Under the pieces are notes generated by a model that was not told where the DNA came from, made no database searches, and was given only the letters and a program-made list of their open reading frames with translations. Of a stretch of DNA of 64,000 nucleotides, positions 1 to 10,531 are shown in pieces; the first letter of the stretch is position 1; each line of letters starts with the position of its first letter. Made by a program: the position numbers and the translations under genes. The stretch is taken from the NCBI GenBank assembly GCA_902539825.1, contig CACBMH010000002.1, positions 8,423 to 72,422 on the forward strand, given 5' to 3'. The DNA comes from an uncultured Alphaproteobacteria bacterium (lineage in GTDB: Bacteria > Pseudomonadota > Alphaproteobacteria > HIMB59 > GCA-002718135).

Positions 1-2
1 GT

Positions 3-650
3 AATAAAAATATAAAATTAATAAAAATTGATGATTTTGTATATTTAAATATTAATAATAAAAAATATAAACTAGAAAATCTAAAACTTAAAACAAATAT
101 AGAGTTAGAAAATTTAGAATGTGCAATTACTTGTTGCTTGGCACTTAATATTAGTCAAAGTAAAATTGTAAGAGTATTATCAAAAGTTAAAAATCCTCCA
201 GGTCGTTTAGAAACAATTGAGTATAAGAAAAAAAAATCAAAAATTATTATTGATTATGCACATACACCAGATGCTTTAAAACAAATACTACTTGCCTATA
301 AAATCAATACAATGAAACCATCAATTTTATTTGGTTGTGGTGGTAATAGAGATAAAAGTAAGCGAAAATCTATGGCATTAATTGCAAATAAATATGCTGA
401 TAAAATTTATATAACAGATGACAATCCCAGAAATGAAAATCCATCTAATATAAGGAAAAATATCTTAAAGTATTGTCCTAGAGCTATAGAAGTATCTGAT
501 AGAAGAAAAGCAATTAAATTAGCTATTAAAGAATTAAAAATGAATGAAATTTTAATAGTAGCAGGTAAAGGGCATGAAAAATTTCAAGTTTTAAAGAATA
601 AAACAATTAAGTTTGATGATTTTAGAATTGTGAAACAGTTATTAAATTAA
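3..650 (+). CDS. murE: UDP-N-acetylmuramoyl-L-alanyl-D-glutamate--2,6-diaminopimelate ligase, C-terminal part (5' end outside window; frame open from nt 3)
   Basis: Mur ligase C-terminal motifs DYAHTPDAL, FGCGGNRD, TDDNPR; sits upstream of murF-mraY-murD in canonical dcw order. Confidence 0.85.
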   Translation, partial: NKNIKLIKIDDFVYLNINNKKYKLENLKLKTNIELENLECAITCCLALNISQSKIVRVLSKVKNPPGRLETIEYKKKKSKIIIDYAHTPDALKQILLAYKINTMKPSILFGCGGNRDKSKRKSMALIANKYADKIYITDDNPRNENPSNIRKNILKYCPRAIEVSDRRKAIKLAIKELKMNEILIVAGKGHEKFQVLKNKTIKFDDFRIVKQLLN

Positions 651-2014
651 TGATCGAATTAAAAAAATTAGAGAAATATATAATATCTAAAAAAGATAAA
701 ATTCAAATATCAAGTAAAAATATTAAAAGCGGTGATATATTCCTTGCGTTAAAAGGAAAAAGATTCCATGGAAATAAATTTATAAATGAAGCAATAGATA
801 AAGGTGCAAAATTTTGTATAACTGATAATAAAAATTTTAAAGAAAATAAAAAAATTTTTTATGTAAATGATATTTATAAATATCTTTCAAAAATAGCAAA
901 AATTAAACGAGATTTATACAAAGGTAAAGTAATAGGCATTACTGGTAGTGCTGGTAAAACAACTTTAAAAGAAAGTTTAGCATTTTTCTTAAAGAAAGAA
1001 CATACCATTTCTTATTCAAAGAAAAGTTATAATAATCAATTAGGTGTATTAATTTCTTTACTAAATTTAAATTTAAAATCAAATTTTGCAATTTTTGAAA
1101 TTGGAACAAATAATTTTGGTGAGATCAAATTTCTAAGCAATTTAGTTAAACCATCAGATGTATTTATTACAAATATACAATCTACTCACCTTGAAAATTT
1201 CCAAACTAAAAATAATATTGCAAAAGAAAAAGCTGATATATTTATTTCTAAACATAATAATAATAGAAAAAAACTATATCTGAATGTTTCTTCTAAAGCT
1301 GAAAATATTTTAATCACAAAAGCAAAAAAAGAAAAAAATCTTAAAATAATTCGTATTGATAATTCTTCAAAAAAATATTTTATAAAAAAAATATCTCCTT
1401 TTAAAAAATTATATAAAGTAACTTTATCAATTAATAAAAAACAGGTTAATATTGTTACTGATACAATAGTAATGCATAGATTAAATAACTTATTATTTTG
1501 TCTTGCATTCTATAATGAAAATTCACTAAATATTAAATCAGTTGTAAAACGTTTCAAGTTTTTAAAACCAGTTGAAGGTAGGGGGTTAGTTCATAAAATT
1601 TCTTTAAATAAGAAAAAAATAAATATTATTGATGAATCTTATAATGCTAATCCAGATACAATGTTGCAAAGTATAAAGAATTTAGAAAGTATTAAAGTAA
1701 AAAATAACAAAAAAATAATAATCCTTGGGACAATGAATGAATTAGGAAATAATTCTTATAAAATTCATTATAAATTACTACAAAAATTAGATAACACTAT
1801 TTTTAAATTTGTAATTTTATGTGGCGAATTCTTTGAATTATCTGTAAAAAATTTAAATCCAAATAATGAATTTATCCATTTTAAAAATACAAATAAAATC
1901 ATGCAATTTTTAAAAGAGAAAGTGCATAATAATGACATTATTTTAATTAAATGTTCTAATTCGACAAAAATAAATAAGTTTGCAAAAACATTACTAAGAA
2001 AAGTATCAATATGA
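650..2014 (+). CDS. murF: UDP-N-acetylmuramoyl-tripeptide--D-alanyl-D-alanine ligase
   Basis: P-loop GITGSAGKTT, DESYNANP motif, dcw position; ATG overlaps murE stop. Confidence 0.85.
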   Translation: MIELKKLEKYIISKKDKIQISSKNIKSGDIFLALKGKRFHGNKFINEAIDKGAKFCITDNKNFKENKKIFYVNDIYKYLSKIAKIKRDLYKGKVIGITGSAGKTTLKESLAFFLKKEHTISYSKKSYNNQLGVLISLLNLNLKSNFAIFEIGTNNFGEIKFLSNLVKPSDVFITNIQSTHLENFQTKNNIAKEKADIFISKHNNNRKKLYLNVSSKAENILITKAKKEKNLKIIRIDNSSKKYFIKKISPFKKLYKVTLSINKKQVNIVTDTIVMHRLNNLLFCLAFYNENSLNIKSVVKRFKFLKPVEGRGLVHKISLNKKKINIIDESYNANPDTMLQSIKNLESIKVKNNKKIIILGTMNELGNNSYKIHYKLLQKLDNTIFKFVILCGEFFELSVKNLNPNNEFIHFKNTNKIMQFLKEKVHNNDIILIKCSNSTKINKFAKTLLRKVSI

Positions 2015-3099
2015 TTAAATATTTGGCTTTTGAATACCAATCTTTATTTAGTTTTCTAAATATTTTTAGCTATATAACATTTAGAGCTGGCGCCTCTATT
2101 CTTACTGGATTATTTTTTTCTCTTATATTTGGAAATTATATTATTAACAAATTATCAAATGTTCAGCCAACTGGCCAACCAATAAGAGATGACGGTCCAG
2201 AGTCGCATATAATTGCAAAAAAAGGTACTCCTACAATGGGTGGCCTGTTGATTATTCTAAGTGTTTTTGTTTCAACAATTATTTGGGCTGATTTACAAAA
2301 TATTTTTATATGGATTTTACTCTTAACTATTTTAATTTTTGGAACTATTGGTTTTGTAGATGATTACAAAAAAATTAAATCAAATACAAGTAAGGGTATT
2401 TCATCAAAAATAAGAATTATATTTCAAATCATTTTTTCATTTTTTATTACATATTTAATTCTTATCAATTTAGATCCAAGTATAAGCAAATCTATGACAT
2501 TTCCTTTCTTTAAAAATTTAATTATAGATTTTGGAATATTTTATTTTCTAATTTCCATATTTATAATTATTGGATCAGCTAATGCAGTAAACCTAACTGA
2601 TGGACTTGATGGTTTAGCAATTGTCCCTGTAATGATAGTTGCTATGTCTTTTGCTTTCATAGCTTATGTTTCAGGTAATATAGTTTTTTCTAATTATTTA
2701 CTTATACAATATATTCCTGGAACTGGTGAATTAGCAGTTTTTTGTGGTTCTTTAATTGGAGCTGCTTTAGGTTTTCTATGGTTTAACGCACCACCGGCTA
2801 AGGTTTTTATGGGTGATACTGGATCTTTAGCATTGGGTGGATCACTAGGTTCAATAGCAATAATATGCAAACATGAAATTCTTCTTGCAATAATTGGAGG
2901 GTTATTTGTTTTAGAAACCTTATCTGTTGTAATTCAAGTATTCATTTTTAAAATGACCCGAAAAAGAGTTTTTTTAATGGCTCCATTACATCATCATTTT
3001 GAAAAAAAGGGATGGGCTGAGTCAACAATAGTGATTCGTTTTTGGATAATTACTATTGTATTAGCTTTAATAGGCCTGGCAACTTTAAGAATTAGATAA
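2011..3099 (+). CDS. mraY: phospho-N-acetylmuramoyl-pentapeptide transferase
   Basis: polytopic membrane protein with NAVNLTDGLDGLA and MGDTGSLALGG motifs. Confidence 0.9.
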   Translation: MIKYLAFEYQSLFSFLNIFSYITFRAGASILTGLFFSLIFGNYIINKLSNVQPTGQPIRDDGPESHIIAKKGTPTMGGLLIILSVFVSTIIWADLQNIFIWILLLTILIFGTIGFVDDYKKIKSNTSKGISSKIRIIFQIIFSFFITYLILINLDPSISKSMTFPFFKNLIIDFGIFYFLISIFIIIGSANAVNLTDGLDGLAIVPVMIVAMSFAFIAYVSGNIVFSNYLLIQYIPGTGELAVFCGSLIGAALGFLWFNAPPAKVFMGDTGSLALGGSLGSIAIICKHEILLAIIGGLFVLETLSVVIQVFIFKMTRKRVFLMAPLHHHFEKKGWAESTIVIRFWIITIVLALIGLATLRIR

Positions 3100-4415
3100 T
3101 GTATTTAATTTATGGAATTCAAAAATCAGGACTTTCTATAGTAAATTATTTTAAAAATAAAAAAATAAAATTTAAGATGTGGGATGATAATCCGATAGTA
3201 AGAAAAGCTATAAAAAAAAAATATAATGAAGATTATTTTTTTAATATTAAAAAAGATAATTTAAATGATTTTGAAAAAATTTTTGTTAGTCCAGGAATTT
3301 CTTTGCGACAAAAAAAATTTCAAAGAAAAAATATATTAAAAAAAGTAAATAGAGACGTAAATTTATATATTTCAAATTTAACAAATCAAAAGATTGTAGC
3401 CATTACTGGCACAAATGGGAAATCAACAACAACTAAATTAATAGGAGACATTTTAAAAAAAAATAAAATTAAAACATTTGTTGGAGGTAATATTGGAGAA
3501 TCATTATGCAATGCTTTTCTTATGAAAAAAAATTACGATGTTCATGTTATCGAATTAAGTTCTTTTCAATTAGAAACTGTTAAGTCATTGGATAGTAAAA
3601 TATCAGTAATAACAAACTTATCTGGTGATCATTTAGATAGATACAAAGGTATTAGTGATTATATTAAGCAGAAAAAAAATATTATTTCTAAAAATGGAAT
3701 TAATTTGTTGTCAATTGATGATATTTATTCAAGAAAAATATTTAATAATAAAAAAATTAAAAATAAAATTAGTTTTTCTTTAGTTAATAAATCAGCTGAT
3801 TGTTTTGCTAATGATGATTATATTTTAGATAATTACTTCAAAAAAGGCAGGAAATTATCAATAACAAAAATTTCAAGAGATTTAGAAGGTCATTTTAATA
3901 TTCAAAATATTTTAATAGCTTACATATGTAGCAAAATATTAAAACTACCAGAAACTAAATTTCTTAAGGTAATTAAAACATTCAAAGGTCTTCCATTTAG
4001 ATCATCTACAATTTTTACAAATAATAAATTAAAAATAGTGAACAATAGTAAATCAACTAATTTAAATTCAACAATAAATTCAATTATAAACTTCAATAAT
4101 ATTTACCTAATCTTAGGAGGTATAGCTAAAGAAAAAAATTTTGAAATTCTTCTTAAATATAAAAATAAAATTAATTGTGTTTATACCTATGGAAAATCAG
4201 GATCTTTTATTCAAAAAAAATTAAAAAAAGAATTAGTTGTAAAAAGGTCAGAAAATTTAAGATCAGTTATTAAAGAAACTCTCAAGGATATTAATAAAAA
4301 TTCAAATAAATCAACTATATTATTTGCCCCTGCATGTACCTCTTATGATCAATATAAAAATTTTGAAGAAAGAGGCATTCATTTTAATAAATTAATTAAA
4401 GATTATTTAAATTAA
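3099..4415 (+). CDS. murD: UDP-N-acetylmuramoylalanine--D-glutamate ligase
   Basis: ITGTNGKSTT P-loop, Mur ligase architecture, dcw position. Confidence 0.85.
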   Translation: MYLIYGIQKSGLSIVNYFKNKKIKFKMWDDNPIVRKAIKKKYNEDYFFNIKKDNLNDFEKIFVSPGISLRQKKFQRKNILKKVNRDVNLYISNLTNQKIVAITGTNGKSTTTKLIGDILKKNKIKTFVGGNIGESLCNAFLMKKNYDVHVIELSSFQLETVKSLDSKISVITNLSGDHLDRYKGISDYIKQKKNIISKNGINLLSIDDIYSRKIFNNKKIKNKISFSLVNKSADCFANDDYILDNYFKKGRKLSITKISRDLEGHFNIQNILIAYICSKILKLPETKFLKVIKTFKGLPFRSSTIFTNNKLKIVNNSKSTNLNSTINSIINFNNIYLILGGIAKEKNFEILLKYKNKINCVYTYGKSGSFIQKKLKKELVVKRSENLRSVIKETLKDINKNSNKSTILFAPACTSYDQYKNFEERGIHFNKLIKDYLN

Positions 4416-4417
4416 TC

Positions 4418-5479
4418 ATGGAATATTTTAAGAATTGGTGGGCCTCAATTGATAGAATCAACATAATATTAATATTATCATTGGGTTTTACTGGATTAAT
4501 ACTATCATTTTCCATAGATGAAAATTTATCAATAAATAGACACTCTATTTTTTTTCTTTTTTCAATTAGTTTGCTTATTGTGCTTTCAGATTTAGATAGT
4601 AAAAATATAAGAAGAATTTCATTATTTTTATTTATTATTTTATTATTAATAATACTACTAATACTTTTTTTAGATTACGAAGTTAAAGGGGCTAAGAGAT
4701 GGTTCCAAATATTTAACTTTACAATACAACCTTCAGAGATAATTAAACCTATTTTTGTCATATTAACGGCATGGTGTATAAGTAAATCTATAGAAGATAA
4801 AAAATTTTATTTACCTTTACTTTTTGTTTTTTTCTTCTTGCTTTTATCTTTAATACTTATGCAACCTGATTTGGGAATGACAGTTTTACTGTCAGCAACT
4901 TTTTTTTGCCAGTTATTCGTTGCTGGTTTATCAATTTCTTTAGTTATTTTTGCATTTTTATTTATATTAGGAATTTCAATTTTTGCTTATTTTATTTTTG
5001 ATCATGTTCAGTCAAGAATTAATTCATTTCTGGGTGGTTTAGGTGGGACTGATACATACCAAATAGATTTAAGTATTCAAGCTTTCAAAAGTGGTGGACT
5101 ACTTGGCAAAGGTCCAGGGCAAGGTATTTTAAAAGAAAAAATTCCTGATGCTAACACAGATTTTATTTTTGCTGTTGCTGGAGAAGAATTAGGATTTATC
5201 TTTTGTTTAATCATTATTTGTATAATTCTATCTATTATAATAAGAAGCTTATTAAAAGTTTTACAACTTGAAGATACATATAAAATTATTGCAATTAGTG
5301 GTTTAATTTGCTCATTTGGATTACAATGCTTAATTAATATCTTTAGTTCGCTAGGTCTTATACCAACAAAAGGTATGACACTGCCATTTGTAAGTTATGG
5401 AGGTTCCTCCATGATATCAATAGCAATTTTATTTGGTTTTTTATTATCTCTTACAAATAAAAAAAATGAAGAATTATGA
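4418..5479 (+). CDS. ftsW: SEDS-family cell-division peptidoglycan polymerase FtsW
   Basis: polytopic SEDS protein (QPSEIIKP, PFVSYGGSS), located between murD and murG. Confidence 0.85.
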   Translation: MEYFKNWWASIDRINIILILSLGFTGLILSFSIDENLSINRHSIFFLFSISLLIVLSDLDSKNIRRISLFLFIILLLIILLILFLDYEVKGAKRWFQIFNFTIQPSEIIKPIFVILTAWCISKSIEDKKFYLPLLFVFFFLLLSLILMQPDLGMTVLLSATFFCQLFVAGLSISLVIFAFLFILGISIFAYFIFDHVQSRINSFLGGLGGTDTYQIDLSIQAFKSGGLLGKGPGQGILKEKIPDANTDFIFAVAGEELGFIFCLIIICIILSIIIRSLLKVLQLEDTYKIIAISGLICSFGLQCLINIFSSLGLIPTKGMTLPFVSYGGSSMISIAILFGFLLSLTNKKNEEL

Positions 5480-6561
5480 AAAAAAATTTTTTACTAATTA
5501 CAGGAGGAACAGGCGGGCATGTTATGCCAGCGAAAAATTTTGCTAATTATTTATCCATTAAAAATATAAATTGTACAATTATAACAGACAAAAGAGGTTA
5601 TAAATATTTTGGAAATTATAATGGAAAAATTTATATAATAAGTTCATCAAATTTAAATGGGAACATAATATTTAAAATCTTTGGTATATTTCAAATTTTA
5701 TTAGGATTAATTCAATCATTTATTATTATATTTTTATTAAAACCATCCCACTCTATTTCTTTTGGTAGTTATGCTTCATTTTCTCCAATGTTATCATGTA
5801 TTTTATTTAAATCATTCTATAAAGTTAAACTTTATATACATGAACAAAATTCAATAATAGGTAGAACAAATAAATTTTTTCTGAATTTTACAAATAAATT
5901 ATTTTTAAATTTCGATATCAAATATAAAATTAATTCAAAGTTTAAAGATAAAATATTTGTAGTAGGTTACCCAGAAAATAATTTTAAAAAAAATATTAAT
6001 TTAAGCAATAAAAATTCTGAAAGTATCTTTACAATTTTTATTTCCGGTGGAAGTCAAGGATCAGAATTTGTATCAAACTTTGCAACAAATCTAATTAAAA
6101 TTATAGACAATGAGAAAATTATAAAAGCTAAATTTATACTTCAGTGTCCTAAACATTTGATAAAAAAACAACAAGAAAAATTAAGAAATATTAAATCACA
6201 AATCATTTTTAAAGATTTTTTTATAAATGTTGATGAAATACTAGCTAATGCTAATCTAGTAATATGTAGAGCTGGAGCAGGCACAATTGTTGATTTAATC
6301 AACTTTAAACTTCCTTCGATATTAATTCCCTTACCTTCTTCAAAAGACAATCATCAATTTTTTAATGCTAAAATATTAGTTAAACATGACTTAGCCATAA
6401 TTATTGACCAAAATAATGATGATTTAGATAAAGCAAAAAGACATATTTATGAAACATATAGTAGTCCAAAAAAATTAGAATCAATGAATAAAAAATTTGA
6501 TATGATTCAAGTTAAAAACTCTAATACTTTAATTTATAAATTAATACTAAATGAAAATTAA
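5476..6561 (+). CDS. murG: UDP-N-acetylglucosamine--lipid I N-acetylglucosamine transferase
   Basis: GGTGGHVMPA N-terminal motif, CRAGAGT, dcw position. Confidence 0.85.
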   Translation: MKKNFLLITGGTGGHVMPAKNFANYLSIKNINCTIITDKRGYKYFGNYNGKIYIISSSNLNGNIIFKIFGIFQILLGLIQSFIIIFLLKPSHSISFGSYASFSPMLSCILFKSFYKVKLYIHEQNSIIGRTNKFFLNFTNKLFLNFDIKYKINSKFKDKIFVVGYPENNFKKNINLSNKNSESIFTIFISGGSQGSEFVSNFATNLIKIIDNEKIIKAKFILQCPKHLIKKQQEKLRNIKSQIIFKDFFINVDEILANANLVICRAGAGTIVDLINFKLPSILIPLPSSKDNHQFFNAKILVKHDLAIIIDQNNDDLDKAKRHIYETYSSPKKLESMNKKFDMIQVKNSNTLIYKLILNEN

Positions 6562-7921
6562 CAGTAAAATTCATTTTATAGGTATTTCGGGAATAGGAAT
6601 GTCTGGTATTGCAGAATTGATGTTAGATAAAGGATATTTGATACAGGGTAGTGATATATCAGTAAACGACAACACAAAAAGATTAAAGAAAAAAGGTATA
6701 AAATTTTTTTTAGGACATAATAAAAAAAATATTAAAAATTCACATGCCGTTGTTTATTCATCAGCTATAAAAAAAAATAATCCTGAAATAAAAGAGGCAT
6801 ATAAAAAAAAAATCCCTGTTCTTTCTCGAGCTGATATGCTTTCAGAATTGATGAAAAATAAAAAATCTATTGCCATAGCTGGATCTCATGGAAAAACTAC
6901 TACTACTAGTTTGGTAGGAAACATTTTTAATGAAGCAGGTTTAGACCCTACTATTGTAAATGGCGGCATTATCAATTCTTTTTCTAAAAATAATCGCTAT
7001 GGAAAAGGTGAGTGGATGATTGTTGAAGCAGACGAAAGTGACGGCACTTTTTTAAAGCTCCCACATCAAATATCAATAATTACTAATTTAGATATTGAAC
7101 ATATGGATTTTTATAAATCAAAGAAAAATTTAATTAATGCATTTGAAAAATTTATAAATCTTCTTCCGTTTTATGGAACCACAATAATGTGTTATGATGA
7201 TAATAACCTTAAATTACTAATTAATAAAATAAAAACTAGAAATATTTTAACTTATTCAATAAAAAATAAAAAAGCAGATGTATTAATCTTTGACATTATA
7301 CAAAACAAACTAAAAACTTCTTTTAAATTAAAAATTAACAATAAAATTATTCATTCCTCTAATTATAAATTTACTATCAATGCAGTTGGTAATCACAACA
7401 TTCTAAATGCTACTGCAAGTATTGTTGCGGCTAAATTAAATGGAATAAAAAATAAAGATATTAATAACGCGTTGACTAATTATGTAGGTGTAAAGAGAAG
7501 ATTCTCATTTATTGGAAAAAAAAATAAATCTTTTGTTTATGATGATTATGCACATCATCCAACAGAAATTGCAGCTACATTAAGTGCAGCTAAAAGTCTA
7601 AAAAACAAAGTAATAGTTGTTTTTCAACCACACAGATACACTAGAACTAAATTACTAATGAGAGAATTTATAAATGTTTTATCTAAAGTCGATTATTTAT
7701 TTTTATTAGAAACCTATCCAGCTGGAGAAAAGATTATCAATGGCGCCACTTCAAAAGATATATTTTCTAAACTATTAAAAAAAAATAAAAATACTACATA
7801 TTTAAAGAATATAGGTGATTTAAATAAATTAATGCAACCTCATACAATGAATCAAAATACGATTGTTTTTATGGGCGCTGGATCAATATCAAGTATTGCA
7901 AAAAAATATTTGAATAACTAA
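6551..7921 (+). CDS. murC: UDP-N-acetylmuramate--L-alanine ligase
   Basis: GISGIGMSG, AGSHGKTTTT P-loop, DDYAHHPTE. Confidence 0.9.
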   Translation: MKINSKIHFIGISGIGMSGIAELMLDKGYLIQGSDISVNDNTKRLKKKGIKFFLGHNKKNIKNSHAVVYSSAIKKNNPEIKEAYKKKIPVLSRADMLSELMKNKKSIAIAGSHGKTTTTSLVGNIFNEAGLDPTIVNGGIINSFSKNNRYGKGEWMIVEADESDGTFLKLPHQISIITNLDIEHMDFYKSKKNLINAFEKFINLLPFYGTTIMCYDDNNLKLLINKIKTRNILTYSIKNKKADVLIFDIIQNKLKTSFKLKINNKIIHSSNYKFTINAVGNHNILNATASIVAAKLNGIKNKDINNALTNYVGVKRRFSFIGKKNKSFVYDDYAHHPTEIAATLSAAKSLKNKVIVVFQPHRYTRTKLLMREFINVLSKVDYLFLLETYPAGEKIINGATSKDIFSKLLKKNKNTTYLKNIGDLNKLMQPHTMNQNTIVFMGAGSISSIAKKYLNN

Positions 7922-8814
7922 TGTCAAAAAAAATTATAGAATTAGCTAATAAACTTAAAAGTAAAATTTACACAGATTATAATGCTGGTAAACATACTTG
8001 GTTCAGAACAGGCGGTAATGCAAAAATATTTGCTATAGTTGAAGATAATTATGAGTTAGAAATTATATTAAATGAAATTAATAATGAAAATTTTTACATA
8101 TTAGGTTCAGGTTCGAATCTTTTAATTAGAGATCATGGTTACAATGGAACTCTTATAAAATTAGGTAAAGGTTTTAATACTATTAATATTAATGATAACA
8201 AACTTGAAGTTGGCGCCAGTATTCTAGATATTAATTTATCAAATTATGCTTTGAGACAAAACATAGAAGGTTTTGAATTTTATAGTGGTATTCCAGGATC
8301 GATAGGTGGAGCAGTTAAAATGAATGCAGGTTGTTATGGTTCAGAAACAGTAGATGTTATAAATAGTATTGAAATTTGCAATAATTTTGGTCAAAGAAAA
8401 ACAATTACAAAAGATAAACTAAATCTACAATATAGATCCTCAAATATAAATAAAACAGATATAGTTACAAAAGCTATATTTAATTTTAATTATGGAAATC
8501 AAAATTTAATAAAAGACAAAATTAATGAAATAAAGAATAAACGTTTAGAATCTCAGCCAATTAAAAATAAAACTTCTGGTAGTACTTTTAAAAATCCTAA
8601 AAATTTTCATGCCGCAAAACTAATTGAGGAAGCAGGATGCAAAGGCACCAATTATGGAGATGCATATGTTAGTGATAAACATGCGAATTTTTTAATAAAT
8701 AGGGGAAGTGCTTCAGCAACAGATATAGAAAACCTAGGTAAAAGTATCATTGAAAAAGTATATGCCAAATTTAATGTAAAATTAGAATGGGAAGTAAAAA
8801 TAATAGGTGAGTAA
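7921..8814 (+). CDS. murB: UDP-N-acetylenolpyruvoylglucosamine reductase
   Basis: FRTGGNA, GSGSNLL, SGSTFKNP motifs. Confidence 0.85.
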   Translation: MSKKIIELANKLKSKIYTDYNAGKHTWFRTGGNAKIFAIVEDNYELEIILNEINNENFYILGSGSNLLIRDHGYNGTLIKLGKGFNTININDNKLEVGASILDINLSNYALRQNIEGFEFYSGIPGSIGGAVKMNAGCYGSETVDVINSIEICNNFGQRKTITKDKLNLQYRSSNINKTDIVTKAIFNFNYGNQNLIKDKINEIKNKRLESQPIKNKTSGSTFKNPKNFHAAKLIEEAGCKGTNYGDAYVSDKHANFLINRGSASATDIENLGKSIIEKVYAKFNVKLEWEVKIIGE

Positions 8815-9757
8815 AAAAAAATATTTAATTTTAGAAGGAGGTTATAATGAAGAGCATGATGTATCTTTAGTAACCTCAAGAGAAATTCAAAAAATTCTTA
8901 ATCAAAATAAATTGAAGTTTAAGACATTAAGAGTTAATCCTAAAAACTTTCATAAAAAAATAATTAATTATAAAAATTTTGTTTGTATTAATGCTTTACA
9001 TGGACCTTTTGGTGAAGATGGACAAACTCAAAAAATTTTAAAAAAAAATAAAATTCCTTTTTCTCATTCAAATATAAAATCATCTAATCTATGCTTTAGT
9101 AAATCTGCATCTAAGAATAAAATTATTAAAAATAAACTAATGTCACCAAAATATTATGTTTTAAATATAAATGATTTAGATGATAAGAAGTTAATTACTA
9201 TCAAAAGTAAGTTAAAAAAATTTGTAATTAAGCCCAATAGAAGTGGTTCAAGTTTTGGTATAAAAATAATTAAAAATCAAAAAGAATTTGATATTTTAAT
9301 TTCTAATTTAGAAGAATTTAAAAGGAATCTTACTAATCACAAAGAAATTTTAATAGAAGAGTATATATCTGGAAGAGAGCTTACTGTTTCAACTATTAAA
9401 TTGGATAAAAAAATTCACGCACTTGCTGTTACAGAGATAAAATCGAAAAATAATTTTTTTGACTATAAAGCAAAATATTCAAAAGGCTACGCTGAACATA
9501 TTTTGCCAGCTAAGTTAAATAAAATAAATTATGCTAAATGTCTTAAATTTGCTACTAAAGCTCATAAGCTTTTAGGTTGTAATTCACTAGCAAGAACTGA
9601 TTTTATTTTTGATACAAAAAAAAATAAAATTTTCTTTTTAGAAACAAATACTCAACCTGGACTTACTCCTATATCCCTATTACCAGAACAAGCTAATTAT
9701 AAAGGTTTATCTTTTGCAGAAATCATTTTTATTTTGATGAAAAATTTAAATTATTAG
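8807..9757 (+). CDS. ddl: D-alanine--D-alanine ligase (GTG start)
   Basis: ATP-grasp protein with LHGPFGEDG and ETNTQPGLT motifs; dcw position. Confidence 0.85.
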   Translation: MSKKKYLILEGGYNEEHDVSLVTSREIQKILNQNKLKFKTLRVNPKNFHKKIINYKNFVCINALHGPFGEDGQTQKILKKNKIPFSHSNIKSSNLCFSKSASKNKIIKNKLMSPKYYVLNINDLDDKKLITIKSKLKKFVIKPNRSGSSFGIKIIKNQKEFDILISNLEEFKRNLTNHKEILIEEYISGRELTVSTIKLDKKIHALAVTEIKSKNNFFDYKAKYSKGYAEHILPAKLNKINYAKCLKFATKAHKLLGCNSLARTDFIFDTKKNKIFFLETNTQPGLTPISLLPEQANYKGLSFAEIIFILMKNLNY

Positions 9758-10531
9758 ATGAACAATATTAATAGAAGAAGATATGTTTTAAGTATCAGAT
9801 CATTTACTTATTTTTGTATTTTCCTATTTTTAATTATTTTTTCTTTATTAATATATTTTTACAAAAATAATTTAATTGAGACTTCTAAAAATATAATTCA
9901 GAGATTTTCAGAAAACTTCCAATATCAATTTACAAAATTTGATATTTCGGGTTTAGAGAAAATTGAATTAAGATTTGTAGAAGATAAAATACAAAAATAT
10001 ATACAGTCTTCAATTTTTTTATTACCATTAGATAAAATTAATAATTCAATCAAAGAAAACAATTGGGTTAAAGAAATTTATTTAAATACAAATTTTAAAG
10101 ATACCCTATTTATCCAGATTGAAGAATATATACCAATAGGCATCTATTATTTTAATAATAATTATTTTTTTTTTGATGAAAATGGAAAAATTATAGATCA
10201 AACTTATATTACAGATTTGTCTAATGAGTCACTAATAATATTCAAGGGTAATAACTCAAATTTAAAAGCCAATTCTATAATTAATATTTTAAAAAATAAT
10301 GATTTTATAAAAAAATATAAAATTGAGAATTTAGAATTTGTAAATAAAAGAAGATGGGATATAAATTTATTCAGTGATGTTAAATTAATGCTTTCAGAAG
10401 AAGATCCAAATGAATCTATAAAGAATTTTATTAAGATACAAAATAATCTTAGCGAAACAGATATTAATAATATAAAAACATATGATTTAAGAAATTTAAA
10501 AAAAACAATCTTAATTAATTTAAATGATTAA
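9758..10531 (+). CDS. ftsQ: cell division protein FtsQ
   Basis: single N-terminal TM helix plus POTRA-like region; position between ddl and ftsA. Confidence 0.7.
   Translation: MNNINRRRYVLSIRSFTYFCIFLFLIIFSLLIYFYKNNLIETSKNIIQRFSENFQYQFTKFDISGLEKIELRFVEDKIQKYIQSSIFLLPLDKINNSIKENNWVKEIYLNTNFKDTLFIQIEEYIPIGIYYFNNNYFFFDENGKIIDQTYITDLSNESLIIFKGNNSNLKANSIINILKNNDFIKKYKIENLEFVNKRRWDINLFSDVKLMLSEEDPNESIKNFIKIQNNLSETDINNIKTYDLRNLKKTILINLND

Noticed and set aside
1768-2040. Minus-strand 90-aa ORF overlapping the murF/mraY junction. The same class includes 6141-6350, 8652-8879, 11315-11611, 12441-12713, 23518-23766, 25652-26034, 26480-26911, 27326-27553, 30795-30980, 31658-31882, 32917-33180, 33437-33658, 33851-34153, 34522-34716, 35703-35951, 37253-37462, 42079-42276, 44438-44677, 45889-46107, 47044-47262, 51808-52056, 58033-58302 and 63638-63850.
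   Set aside because: All lie antisense within well-supported conserved genes. They have low-complexity or odd composition and no recognisable motifs, so they are shadow ORFs.
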